A stretch of DNA of 64,000 bases from Bdellovibrionota bacterium. GTDB taxonomy: Bacteria > Bdellovibrionota_C > UBA2361 > OMII01. This document shows positions 19,520 to 28,399 of this stretch, piece after piece. Every line of letters begins with the position of its first letter. The first letter of the stretch is position 1. The notes beneath the pieces were generated by a model, which saw only the letters and a program-made list of their open reading frames with translations, was not told the DNA's origin and did no database searches. A program made the position numbers and the translations under genes. The DNA is taken from assembly GCA_044356215.1 (NCBI GenBank), contig JBIKWQ010000007.1, forward strand, positions 77 to 64,076. Reading direction: 5' to 3'.

Positions 19520-21038
19520 AGATCGCGTCGCGTGTCGCCCGACGACCGGTTACTACACAACGCCCCTCAGTTCCACTTTGCTCAAGCGGTAAACACCTCA
19601 CCGTAACTTTTAATTCAGAGAGCTTATCGAGAGCGTCAGCTCCCCCAGCCCATTTAGCTAACACAAATCCTCCATGGATCTCAGGCTTCGATTCGCTCTT
19701 AGGGGTAAAGAACGCTTTAAACTGCTCAAAATCAACGATATCCCGTCTGATATTACGATTAAGAAAGCTCTTGGCCTGCTCAAAGTAGTTACGTTGAATA
19801 TCCGCTAATGTCGAATCAATCTCATTTATAAGCTGATCTACAGGTAAAAACGCTTTATCGCGTGGTCCCTGGTCTCTTCGATAGAGCACCGCTTGCCGTG
19901 ATTCGATATCCCGCGGACCAACCTCTATCCGAACTGGGATACCCTTCTTAATCCACTCCCAACTCTTATCACCACCACGGATATCACGCTTATCTACTAC
20001 TACCTCGATTGGCACACCCTCATAAGATCTCTCACGCAACGCAGACGCTATCTCTTGAGCGTACGCTAGCACCGCGGCTTCGGTCTCTGGCTTAGGTATA
20101 ACAGGGATAATTACAATGTGCTTTGGGGCGACCTTTGGAGGCAAACGCAGTCCATCATCGTCGCTATGAGTCATGATCATTCCACCGATTAAGCGAGTGG
20201 ATACTCCCCACGATGTTGTGTAAGCAAACTCAGTTGCACCCTGTTGATTTAAGAAAGATATATTTGAGGCCTTAGCGAAGTTCTGCCCCAAATAGTGTGA
20301 TGTTCCAGCCTGCAGAGCCTTCATATCCTGCATCATCGCCTCGATACAGTAAGTATCAACAGCTCCTGGGAAACGCTCCTCTGGGATCTTCTCTCCCTTG
20401 ATAACCGGAATCGCCAGATAGTTCTCAACTAGATCGGCGTACACATTAAGCATAGTAAAGGTCTCTTCGATCGCCTCCTTCTCTGTAGCGTGCGCTGTGT
20501 GACCCTCTTGCCAGAGAAACTCTGTGGTTCTTAAAAATATTCTAGTGCGCATCTCCCAGCGCACAACGTTGGCCCACTGATTAATCAGAAGCGGAAGGTC
20601 ACGATAAGACTGCACCCAGCGCGCGAACGACTCTCCGATAATCGTCTCTGATGTTGGACGTACAACTACGGGCTCCTCAAGTTCACCTGATGGAACAAGC
20701 TTGCCATCACGAGCCTCAAGGCGGTGATGAGTTACCACCGCGCACTCCTTAGCGAACCCCTCAACGTGCGCCGCCTCCTTCTCAAGAAAACTTAGCGGAA
20801 TAAAGAGCGGAAAGTAGGCGTTACTGTGGCCGGTAGCTTTAATCATCCGATCGAGGTGGCGTTGAATATTCTCCCAGATCCCATAACCCCAAGGCTTAAT
20901 AACCATACAGCCGCGCACCACGGACATCTCGGCGATATCTGAAGCCTTGATTACCTGCTGATACCATTCAGGATAATCCTCAGCCCGGCGAGGCGATATA
21001 GCGGCTGTTTCCTTCTTGTTAGCGGCGTTTGTGCTCAT
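19503..21038 (-). CDS. proS: prolyl-tRNA synthetase, archaeal/eukaryotic type
   Basis: Class II aaRS motifs with an archaeal-type ProRS N-terminus (SVVRGCMVIKPWGYGIWE) and C-terminal Zn-binding domain. Start trimmed to MSTNAANKK, confirmed by CAT at 21036-21038. Confidence 0.9.
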   Translation of the reverse strand: MSTNAANKKETAAISPRRAEDYPEWYQQVIKASDIAEMSVVRGCMVIKPWGYGIWENIQRHLDRMIKATGHSNAYFPLFIPLSFLEKEAAHVEGFAKECAVVTHHRLEARDGKLVPSGELEEPVVVRPTSETIIGESFARWVQSYRDLPLLINQWANVVRWEMRTRIFLRTTEFLWQEGHTAHATEKEAIEETFTMLNVYADLVENYLAIPVIKGEKIPEERFPGAVDTYCIEAMMQDMKALQAGTSHYLGQNFAKASNISFLNQQGATEFAYTTSWGVSTRLIGGMIMTHSDDDGLRLPPKVAPKHIVIIPVIPKPETEAAVLAYAQEIASALRERSYEGVPIEVVVDKRDIRGGDKSWEWIKKGIPVRIEVGPRDIESRQAVLYRRDQGPRDKAFLPVDQLINEIDSTLADIQRNYFEQAKSFLNRNIRRDIVDFEQFKAFFTPKSESKPEIHGGFVLAKWAGGADALDKLSELKVTVRCLPLEQSGTEGRCVVTGRRATRDAIFAKAY

Positions 21039-21138
21039 AGCGAGGTCCTTGTTGTGGGGGCTGGATGTAGCCCATATACGGAATGTATCACCTTGGCGGG
21101 GGGGGAGTAAACTTGGGGCTGCAGGATGCGGGTAATAC

Positions 21139-22128
21139 TCAGGCCAACGCCCCCCGCGGGTACCCACGCACCAGCAAATACCTCAGTATCGGTATCGGCT
21201 GCACTGACAAGATCTCCTCTCGAAACTTCTGATACAATCGATTAGCGAGCTCCGATACGTCCTGCGCGCTCTCCAACTCTACCCCAATTTCGTAATCCCA
21301 GGGACCGACACACCTTAAACCAAAAAGCACATCGCGCTCGCTCTCGAGATAACTGAAGAGACGTTGCGAGAATTTACTCGGTACACCACGGACGTTTACG
21401 CGGAAGATATAACAAGTCCGACCCAACTTAGTCGGATCGATCCAGTGAATGTATGCCTTTATTATCTCGTTTTCCTTTAGCTCGCGGCGACGACGGTCGG
21501 CGGTCGCTGGTGGGATACCCAAAGCTTTTGATAGCTGCACCGCGGTTTGAGCCTCTCCCGTGGCTAAAAGAGATAACACCCTCTCCGAAGCTTTATCGAG
21601 GGTTGATACCTCTTCTTGAACATTAAACTCTAGGATCGGTGTCTTAAAACGTTTAGGTAAAAGGTATCGTCTTCCGAAGTATCGGAATTCAAACTGACTG
21701 CACGCCGCTATCTCCACTAGAGAGCCACCCAGGGTACGCCCAAGAAGATCGATAAACTGGGGGAGATGCGCCGCGCAACGAATCGAGATCGAGACCGCGA
21801 ATTGATACCTTCCCGCCATCTCAAAGAGCCAAAAGACGTGAGGAAGCGCAGCCACCTTTTGCACCAGACTTACTGTATCCGCGTCCTGTTTCGCCGCGAC
21901 TGAGAAGAAAACAGTGTGATGCGAATATCCAAGACGATGCAGGTCAATCATCGCTTGACGCTGGTACATGACCTTACGCTCTTTTAAAGACGAGAGCGCG
22001 TATTGGATCGTAGTTTGTTTAAACCCAGAGAGTCGCGCGATCTCTTGAATAGTTAAGTCGCCCTGCAGCTCTACTAAGCCCAAAATTATCTTCTGCTTCT
22101 CACTCAGTCGTACGCGCACGGATGACAA
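21139..22128 (-). CDS. tandem-duplicated AsnC/Lrp-family transcriptional regulator (two HTH + RAM modules in one 329-aa polypeptide)
   Basis: Two successive AsnC-type HTH segments (LSEKQKIILGLVELQGDLTIQEIARLSG... and LDKASERVLSLLATGEAQTAVQLSKALG...), each followed by a RAM-like domain. Divergently transcribed from the aromatic-catabolism cluster. Confidence 0.65.
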   Translation of the reverse strand: MSSVRVRLSEKQKIILGLVELQGDLTIQEIARLSGFKQTTIQYALSSLKERKVMYQRQAMIDLHRLGYSHHTVFFSVAAKQDADTVSLVQKVAALPHVFWLFEMAGRYQFAVSISIRCAAHLPQFIDLLGRTLGGSLVEIAACSQFEFRYFGRRYLLPKRFKTPILEFNVQEEVSTLDKASERVLSLLATGEAQTAVQLSKALGIPPATADRRRRELKENEIIKAYIHWIDPTKLGRTCYIFRVNVRGVPSKFSQRLFSYLESERDVLFGLRCVGPWDYEIGVELESAQDVSELANRLYQKFREEILSVQPIPILRYLLVRGYPRGALA

Positions 22129-22183
22129 CCTAAAATAGCTATTTGTTATTCCACATACATATCATATTAAACCTTGTTTTGAT

Positions 22184-23164
22184 ATGAAAACTGGTGAATT
22201 TCTTTTTTTATTGTTTTTTACTCACTCTGGCAATCATGGCAATAGGGCCAGACACACAATGATGGAGTCAAAAATGGGAAACACAACAATGGATGGAAAC
22301 GAACCTAACAAGGGAAACCACAACAACCGTTTTCCTCGGAATACGCGCGGCAATGACGCCGGCATCGGAAATGACGATACCGGGGTGCCGCCGCTTGACG
22401 GACAGTCTATGTCTCTAGCGCCTCGGCGCGGACCAATCGAGACGGTGGTCTTCACCTTCGCGATGCCTCAGGAGGCTCAAAGGTGGGTACAGGCGCTAAA
22501 CCTAACGCCTTACGAATCGCCACGTAACCCTGGCATGAACGAGCAGTATAAAAGTAAGATCGGCGCTGTTAACGTAGTTGTCAGTATAAACCAATTCAAT
22601 TTGAAACATGGCGTAGCTGGCGTTGGGACTAGCAACTCAGTTCTTAATGCGTTTTGCGCGATTAATGAGTTCAAGCCTAGCCTTCTAGTTAACGCTGGAA
22701 CTGCTGGCGGATTCGGCGACTCCGGCGGTGTCATTGGAGATATCTATCTTACCAAAGGAACTGTTATGTACCACGATCGGCACATCAAATTGGGAAACTA
22801 TGAGGAGTACGGTAATGGCGGATACTCGTGCCTCTCGTTACGCCGCCTACCTAAGATCCTTTCAGCCAAGACCGGAGTATTCTCAACGGGCAACTCACTT
22901 GATTATACGCACGCCGACATGAGTCGCATAATCGATTCAGATGCTCTAGTGAAGGACATGGAAGCGGCTGCTTTCGCGGAGATCGCCGAGCAGTTCAATG
23001 TCCCCTTCATCGGAATAAAATCGATCTCGGATCTAGTTGATGGAAATAAACCAACACCCGATCAGTTCCAAGATAATTTCGGCTTAGCGACACGCAACCT
23101 GCATGGTGCCCTGACGAAGTTTGTAAGGTTCCTGGCTAATGGGAGGCGTTTGGAGGATCTTTAA
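22184..23164 (+). CDS. MTA/SAH nucleosidase-like protein (PNP_UDP_1 fold). The longest ORF has an Asn/Gly-rich N-terminal extension of about 75 aa; the real start may be at 22409.
   Basis: MtnN-like motifs: LVNAGTAGGF, and DMEAAAFAEIAEQFNVPFIGIKSISDLVDG. The upstream 225 nt is A-rich and low-complexity. An in-frame ATG at 22409 would give a 251-aa MTAN-sized product. Confidence 0.7.
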   Translation: MKTGEFLFLLFFTHSGNHGNRARHTMMESKMGNTTMDGNEPNKGNHNNRFPRNTRGNDAGIGNDDTGVPPLDGQSMSLAPRRGPIETVVFTFAMPQEAQRWVQALNLTPYESPRNPGMNEQYKSKIGAVNVVVSINQFNLKHGVAGVGTSNSVLNAFCAINEFKPSLLVNAGTAGGFGDSGGVIGDIYLTKGTVMYHDRHIKLGNYEEYGNGGYSCLSLRRLPKILSAKTGVFSTGNSLDYTHADMSRIIDSDALVKDMEAAAFAEIAEQFNVPFIGIKSISDLVDGNKPTPDQFQDNFGLATRNLHGALTKFVRFLANGRRLEDL

Positions 23165-23169
23165 GAACT

Positions 23170-23204
23170 CGAGGCAAACTCCGCCTCGCGTGGGGTTTGC
23201 CTCG
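23170..23204 (+). terminator. perfect 10-bp stem-loop (CGAGGCAAAC...GTTTGCCTCG, 15-nt loop) 6 nt after the MTAN-like stop. No U-tract follows.
   Basis: Inverted repeat read directly. May separate the MTAN-like gene from the downstream fahA operon, or be regulatory. Confidence 0.35.
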
Positions 23205-23288
23205 TTCCTGAATAGAATTGCCGCCTGGAGAAGATTGGAGTACCTTGTTAGTCTAGCGATCAAAGAGCTCAGTTTATAGGTTTGTCGT

Positions 23289-24236
23289 ATGACTGGATCG
23301 GTTAAGTCACCAACATTGTCTTTAGCTGTTAAGGCACTCTTTGAAAGCCTGATCGACTACGCGGGGGTCTTCCCTCCGGCCTCCTTGGAACTTAAAGTCG
23401 CTGTTGATAATTATTTAGCCTATCGGGATCGCGAGTATTCATGGGTGCTCTCAAGATTACTCGCCACAGCGCCGCAGATTTGCGAGTTACCATCTTTAAT
23501 TCCGGACAATCTTGGGAATCCGATCCCTCTATCTCTTATCACCAAAACACCCGCTGAGGATCTCCACAAAATAGAGAAAGCTTTATTAGCTCTTAGACAC
23601 AGAGTTACTCTAGCTAGTATCGAAGTCACTCTTAATTGCAATGAAGACTTGTCAGAACAAATCAACCAAGTAACTCATTCAGTAGCATCGTTAGCGACCG
23701 AGAATACCAGGCCCTTCATTTATTTTGAGGTCATTTACGGAGACGAGTGGAAAAACCGTGTAAGGCGCCTTTTGGCGGAGTTGCGGCTGGCCTCTACCAC
23801 CAGCCTTAACAGCACCGGCTTCAAGCTGCGATGCGGTGGACTTCCCCAATCTTTTCCTACTCCGAGTGACATAGCCTTCGCGCTACACGAAACAGCGTCT
23901 AGCCAAATGCCAATTAAATTTACAGCTGGGCTCCATCATCCCTTCTATCGGCGAGCCCTTAATGGCGTAGTAGAGGAGACCTCCCACGGCTATTTCAATG
24001 TATTTTTCGCGGCGCTTATGGCTCACACAAGAGGGTGCTCATTATCTTATCTAGAGCGAGTCATCACCGAGTCCACCTCGACTCCGGCGGTTTCTAACGA
24101 TCGTATTATGTGGCTTGATTCCTCTATATCAGCTGAAGAGATTAGAAATACAAGGGCTACGCGAGTGATCTCATTTGGAAGCTGTAGCTTCGATGAGCCG
24201 ATTCTCGACGCAGTTCAAAATGGATGGTTAAGATAG
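23289..24236 (+). CDS. conserved hypothetical protein (315 aa) co-oriented with and 10 bp upstream of fahA
   Basis: ORF with no recognisable motifs. Tightly linked to the fahA-hppD operon. Confidence 0.5.
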   Translation: MTGSVKSPTLSLAVKALFESLIDYAGVFPPASLELKVAVDNYLAYRDREYSWVLSRLLATAPQICELPSLIPDNLGNPIPLSLITKTPAEDLHKIEKALLALRHRVTLASIEVTLNCNEDLSEQINQVTHSVASLATENTRPFIYFEVIYGDEWKNRVRRLLAELRLASTTSLNSTGFKLRCGGLPQSFPTPSDIAFALHETASSQMPIKFTAGLHHPFYRRALNGVVEETSHGYFNVFFAALMAHTRGCSLSYLERVITESTSTPAVSNDRIMWLDSSISAEEIRNTRATRVISFGSCSFDEPILDAVQNGWLR

Positions 24237-24246
24237 GATTACTACC

Positions 24247-25512
24247 ATGAGAAAGTCATTTATAGACGTTAGCTCCAACTGTCACTTCCCGATTCAGAAC
24301 CTTCCATACGGGTCTTTCTCACGCCAAGGAGAACCGCGCCGGATTGGAGTGGCCATCGGTGATTACGTCCTAGACTTAGCGTTCCTCCAAAGAGAGGGCT
24401 TGATCGAAGGTGGCTATTTTCAGAGCGCGGTTCTTAACCCTTTTTTAAGAATGGGGAAAAATGTGTGGTCTAAAAGTCGCCTCGCGATCCAAGAACTTCT
24501 CGACGCTGGCAACCCTACCATTAGAGATAACCCCAGGCTGCGAGAAAAGGCACTTATCTCTAGAGACTCAATCACTACGCATCTCCCGGTGGAAATCGGT
24601 GACTACACCGACTTTTATTCTTCTAAAGAACACGCGAGTAATGTTGGAGCGATGTTTCGAGATCCACTGAATCCCCTTTTGCCGAACTGGACGCATCTTC
24701 CAGTTGCCTATCACGGCCGCTCCAGCTCCATAGTTATCACAGGGACTCCGATTCGCCGCCCCTGCGGCCAAACCAAGCCTGAAACTCAATCACTACCCAA
24801 CTTTGGACCGTCCCGTTTTATGGATTTTGAGTTAGAAGTCGGCTGTATTGTTGGAGCCGGCAACGAATTGGGAGAGCCAATCCCGATCTCGCAAGCCTCT
24901 GAGCATATCTTCGGGATGGTACTCGTGAATGACTGGAGCGCTCGAGATATTCAGAGCTGGGAGTACGTGCCTTTAGGCCCATTTCTTGGCAAAAATCTGG
25001 GGACGTCGATATCTCCTTGGGTTGTTCCACTGGAGGCTCTAAACTCTTTCAGAGTTGATGGCCCTACTCAAGATCCCCCCCCCCTTCCCTATCTCCGTTC
25101 AAATGGTCCCTGGGCATTCGACATAGCGCTTGAGGTTCAACTAAGGACACCCAAAATGGATCATGCCGCGACCATATCATCGGTCAACTTTAGTACACTT
25201 TACTGGAACATCTGTCAGCAGATATCTCATCACACCTCAAATGGATGCAACCTAAGACCCGGAGATCTTCTGGCATCAGGGACAGTTAGCGGAAAAACAC
25301 CCACATCATACGGATCTATGTTAGAATTAACCTGGCGGGGAGCCAATCCAATTACGCTCCCATCAGGAGAGCAGCGTTCGTCTCTCCAAGACGGGGATAA
25401 AGTGATAATGACAGGTGCCGCGCGGGGAGACGGGTACACAGTTGGATTTGGAGAGGTGGAAGGAACGATATTGCCAGCGCTAGTAGATCCAGCGCTGGTG
25501 GTGAGTCGATAG
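24247..25512 (+). CDS. fahA: fumarylacetoacetase
   Basis: Full-length FAH similarity across N- and C-terminal domains. 421 aa. Confidence 0.85.
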   Translation: MRKSFIDVSSNCHFPIQNLPYGSFSRQGEPRRIGVAIGDYVLDLAFLQREGLIEGGYFQSAVLNPFLRMGKNVWSKSRLAIQELLDAGNPTIRDNPRLREKALISRDSITTHLPVEIGDYTDFYSSKEHASNVGAMFRDPLNPLLPNWTHLPVAYHGRSSSIVITGTPIRRPCGQTKPETQSLPNFGPSRFMDFELEVGCIVGAGNELGEPIPISQASEHIFGMVLVNDWSARDIQSWEYVPLGPFLGKNLGTSISPWVVPLEALNSFRVDGPTQDPPPLPYLRSNGPWAFDIALEVQLRTPKMDHAATISSVNFSTLYWNICQQISHHTSNGCNLRPGDLLASGTVSGKTPTSYGSMLELTWRGANPITLPSGEQRSSLQDGDKVIMTGAARGDGYTVGFGEVEGTILPALVDPALVVSR

Positions 25513-25525
25513 ATCGGGGGTATGT

Positions 25526-26596
25526 ATGGATAATCCTCTAGGCATAAAAAGATTTGGCCCAATCACGATGTATGTTCAGGATGCTCAAGCCGAAGCCGAG
25601 CGTCTTTCCAAGATTCTCGGCATGTCGATCTCATACATTCCATCTGGAAATGATAAAGTATTCGGAATTCAATCCAAAGATGTGCTCTTCATTATTGATA
25701 GCTCGCCACGTTGCGCAGCTCTGGCGGCGCGATATGGAAATCACGTCGCCGAGATCGGAATCCGGGTGCGCGACAGTAAAGAGGCCTTAAACATCGCTTC
25801 AAAGAGGACCGCGCAGCCGTGTCGACTCTGTCATGAAACTGGAGTTGGATATCTTCGTTCTCCGCACGATGGCGAGATATATTTCCGATTTATCGAGGAT
25901 GACCAAAAACCCTACTTAGGACTGGCCCCTAATCCATCAGCATCCGCAGTTATCAGGAGCTCGTTTTCCCGAATTGATCACATCGTTGTAAACACTCAAA
26001 AAATCCTCCCAGTTGTGGAATTCATGCGGGATGTATTCGGCATGCGAAAAGTAAATGAATTTACGATCAAGGTCGAAAACGAGGATTTCATGGCATCTCT
26101 TTACAGCGAAGTAATGGGACTTTACGGCACTGAGCACCCTGTGCTCTTTCCGATTAATGAGCCTCTGGCGGGAGATAACGTATCACAGATCCCAGCCCAA
26201 CTGCGCGAGGTAGGGAGAAGCCACGCTCAGCATATCGCTCTTCTCACTGAATCCATCATCGAGTCTATCGCGTCTTTGAGACAACATGGCATGGGGTTCC
26301 TCGAGTTTAGGAACGCTGAGCATGCGGCGTCTTACTATCGAAGTGTTCCAGGTCGATTGGGTAATATCGAAGTTCATGAAGCTATCGAGAAATTGAGGGA
26401 TTTGGGGATACTTGTCGATAAATGCGGTCAGGGTTACCTTTTACAGCTTTTCTCAAAAAGAATTTTTCCTGATAGGAGCGTTCCATTTATTGAGATAATA
26501 CAGAGAGCCAGCGATGTTCTTGGCTGTTTTGGAGACGGCAATTTCGCCGCCTTGGCCGAAGCGCTCGAGCACTCCATGCGTTCTGAAGACCATTAG
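25526..26596 (+). CDS. hppD: 4-hydroxyphenylpyruvate dioxygenase
   Basis: HPPD C-terminal signature QLFSKRIFPDRSVPFIEIIQR...GCFGDGNFAALAEALE. 356 aa. Confidence 0.85.
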   Translation: MDNPLGIKRFGPITMYVQDAQAEAERLSKILGMSISYIPSGNDKVFGIQSKDVLFIIDSSPRCAALAARYGNHVAEIGIRVRDSKEALNIASKRTAQPCRLCHETGVGYLRSPHDGEIYFRFIEDDQKPYLGLAPNPSASAVIRSSFSRIDHIVVNTQKILPVVEFMRDVFGMRKVNEFTIKVENEDFMASLYSEVMGLYGTEHPVLFPINEPLAGDNVSQIPAQLREVGRSHAQHIALLTESIIESIASLRQHGMGFLEFRNAEHAASYYRSVPGRLGNIEVHEAIEKLRDLGILVDKCGQGYLLQLFSKRIFPDRSVPFIEIIQRASDVLGCFGDGNFAALAEALEHSMRSEDH

Positions 26597-26880
26597 GGAT
26601 GCGTCTAAAACTGCGATGTTTAGCACGCCTCCGCTTGGTGATTGACGGGGAAATGGCCGCTTTAGACACACTGCTCCTATGAAGCGAGCAGAACCCGCCT
26701 CTTCAAGTAAAGACTGGATAGCATGCAGAGGATGTTCAGGTGCAGAGAGTTCTTTTTAATTCCCCTAGAAACCGCTCTCTGCGTGTAATCTTACTCTTCG
26801 ATGCTCAGTTAAGTTTAAGCGAATGTTCTCTGCGTCATGCCACAGATAGTATCAGCTTCCGGCAACAGCACCATCTACCT

Positions 26881-26902
26881 AAACGGCGCGAACGCGCCGT
26901 TT
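26881..26902. promoter_or_regulatory. perfect GC-rich palindrome AAACGGCGCG-AA-CGCGCCGTTT in the convergent hppD/hmgA intergenic region
   Basis: 10-bp perfect arms with a 2-nt spacer. No adjacent U-tract on either strand. Could be an operator or a Rho-independent-like hairpin. Confidence 0.3.
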
Positions 26903-26942
26903 CTAACAAAACATCGCGTAAGCGAGGTTTTGCCGGCCTTCC

Positions 26943-28268
26943 TTAGGGATTTAGGTTGAACATCCTTGGTAATCCCGCCCAGCAGTTTCGATAGTCACTT
27001 TGTAGCGCCACGCTCTGGGCCGCGTACTTTGTTAGCCGCTGTGGGAACCTGCTCTCAAACATAAAAGCTAAGGAGTTAGCTAGCTTCTTTGGCATGAGTT
27101 CCTCTGATGTCGCTTTTAAAAACGCGCTCGCGTCAGGTCCATGAGGAAGCATGCAATTATGAAGGCTTACCCCTCCGGGGACAAATCCATCCGGTTTGGC
27201 GTCGTACTGGCCGTAGATCAGCCCCATGAACTCGGACATGATATTCATATGAAACCAAGGAGGCCTGAACGTGCGCTCCGCGACCTGCCAACGATCAGAG
27301 AATATAACAAAATCGATATTCGCTGTTCCCTCTTCTCCCGAGGGCGCGGTAAGAACCGTGAAGATCGATGGATCAGGATGATCAAACAGGAGGGCGCCGA
27401 CCGGTGAAAAAGTACGAAGGTCGTATTTGTAGGGCGCGTAATTACCATGCCAAGCCACAACATCGAGGGGTGAGTGCGAGATCTCTGCGCGATAAAACCT
27501 CCCACACCATTTTACGGTAAGGCCACAGCTACCCGCTCTATCCTCAAAAGCCGCTACTGGTGTCTTAAAATCTCGGGCATTAGCCAAACAATTCGCCCCT
27601 ATCGGCCCTCTATTTGGCAGTGTGAACTTGCCTCCATAATTCTCACACAGATACCCGCGAGACCGCTCGCTATTTAACTCAACAGCGAATTTAACCCCTC
27701 TCGGGATGACGGCGATCTCGGCCGGTGTTAAATCAATAATTCCAAATTCGGTGCGGAAACGGAGATTCCCCTCTTGAGGAACTATCAGCATCTCGGCGTC
27801 AGCGTTGTAAAAATAATCGTCAACCATCGAAGAGTTTACGAAGTAGAGGCTCGCTGCCATTCCGGTTTGCGTGTTGACATCACCGGCGATGGTCATCGTG
27901 CGGATACCGGTTATAAAGTTAGTCGATTCCGAAGGCGGCGCGGGCGGATTCCAACGATACTGCGCTATAGAAACATCAGCGTCCTCGAATTCCGGCGCTG
28001 TTTTCCAGAATGGCATCGAGCACGAAACGAAATTACCAGAATGACAAACAGATGGAGAGATCCGATATAGCCAGGACCTTTCATTTAATCCCCGTGGCGC
28101 GGTGAATGGCGATCCAGACAGTTGCTCAGCGTAAAGACCATAGGCGCACCTCTGAGGTGAATTCTGTCCTTGGGGAAGGGCCCCAGGTAAGGCTTCCGTC
28201 TCAAAATCATTACCGAAACCTGTCATGTAAGATGGAGGCTCTAGCTTGGTCATACAGCTCCTATTCAT
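26943..28268 (-). CDS. hmgA: homogentisate 1,2-dioxygenase
   Basis: Full-length HGO similarity. 441 aa. Confidence 0.9.
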   Translation of the reverse strand: MNRSCMTKLEPPSYMTGFGNDFETEALPGALPQGQNSPQRCAYGLYAEQLSGSPFTAPRGLNERSWLYRISPSVCHSGNFVSCSMPFWKTAPEFEDADVSIAQYRWNPPAPPSESTNFITGIRTMTIAGDVNTQTGMAASLYFVNSSMVDDYFYNADAEMLIVPQEGNLRFRTEFGIIDLTPAEIAVIPRGVKFAVELNSERSRGYLCENYGGKFTLPNRGPIGANCLANARDFKTPVAAFEDRAGSCGLTVKWCGRFYRAEISHSPLDVVAWHGNYAPYKYDLRTFSPVGALLFDHPDPSIFTVLTAPSGEEGTANIDFVIFSDRWQVAERTFRPPWFHMNIMSEFMGLIYGQYDAKPDGFVPGGVSLHNCMLPHGPDASAFLKATSEELMPKKLANSLAFMFESRFPQRLTKYAAQSVALQSDYRNCWAGLPRMFNLNP

Positions 28269-28399
28269 GAATCTTTAGCTACGTGTAGTATACCAAAACA
28301 ACTGCACCCCCGACTAGGGGGTGACAATAAAGAACAGGGTCTGAAATAGCATACTCAGCGATATTATGACTGTAACGATCCAAAAAATCTTGGGAGTAC

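Noticed and set aside
22184-22408. The Asn/Gly-rich 75-aa N-terminal extension of the MTAN-like protein as a genuine disordered domain.
   Set aside because: The region is A-rich and low-complexity with atypical composition. An in-frame ATG at 22409 gives a canonical-length enzyme. I kept it as a hypothesis in the findings but do not annotate it as a separate domain.
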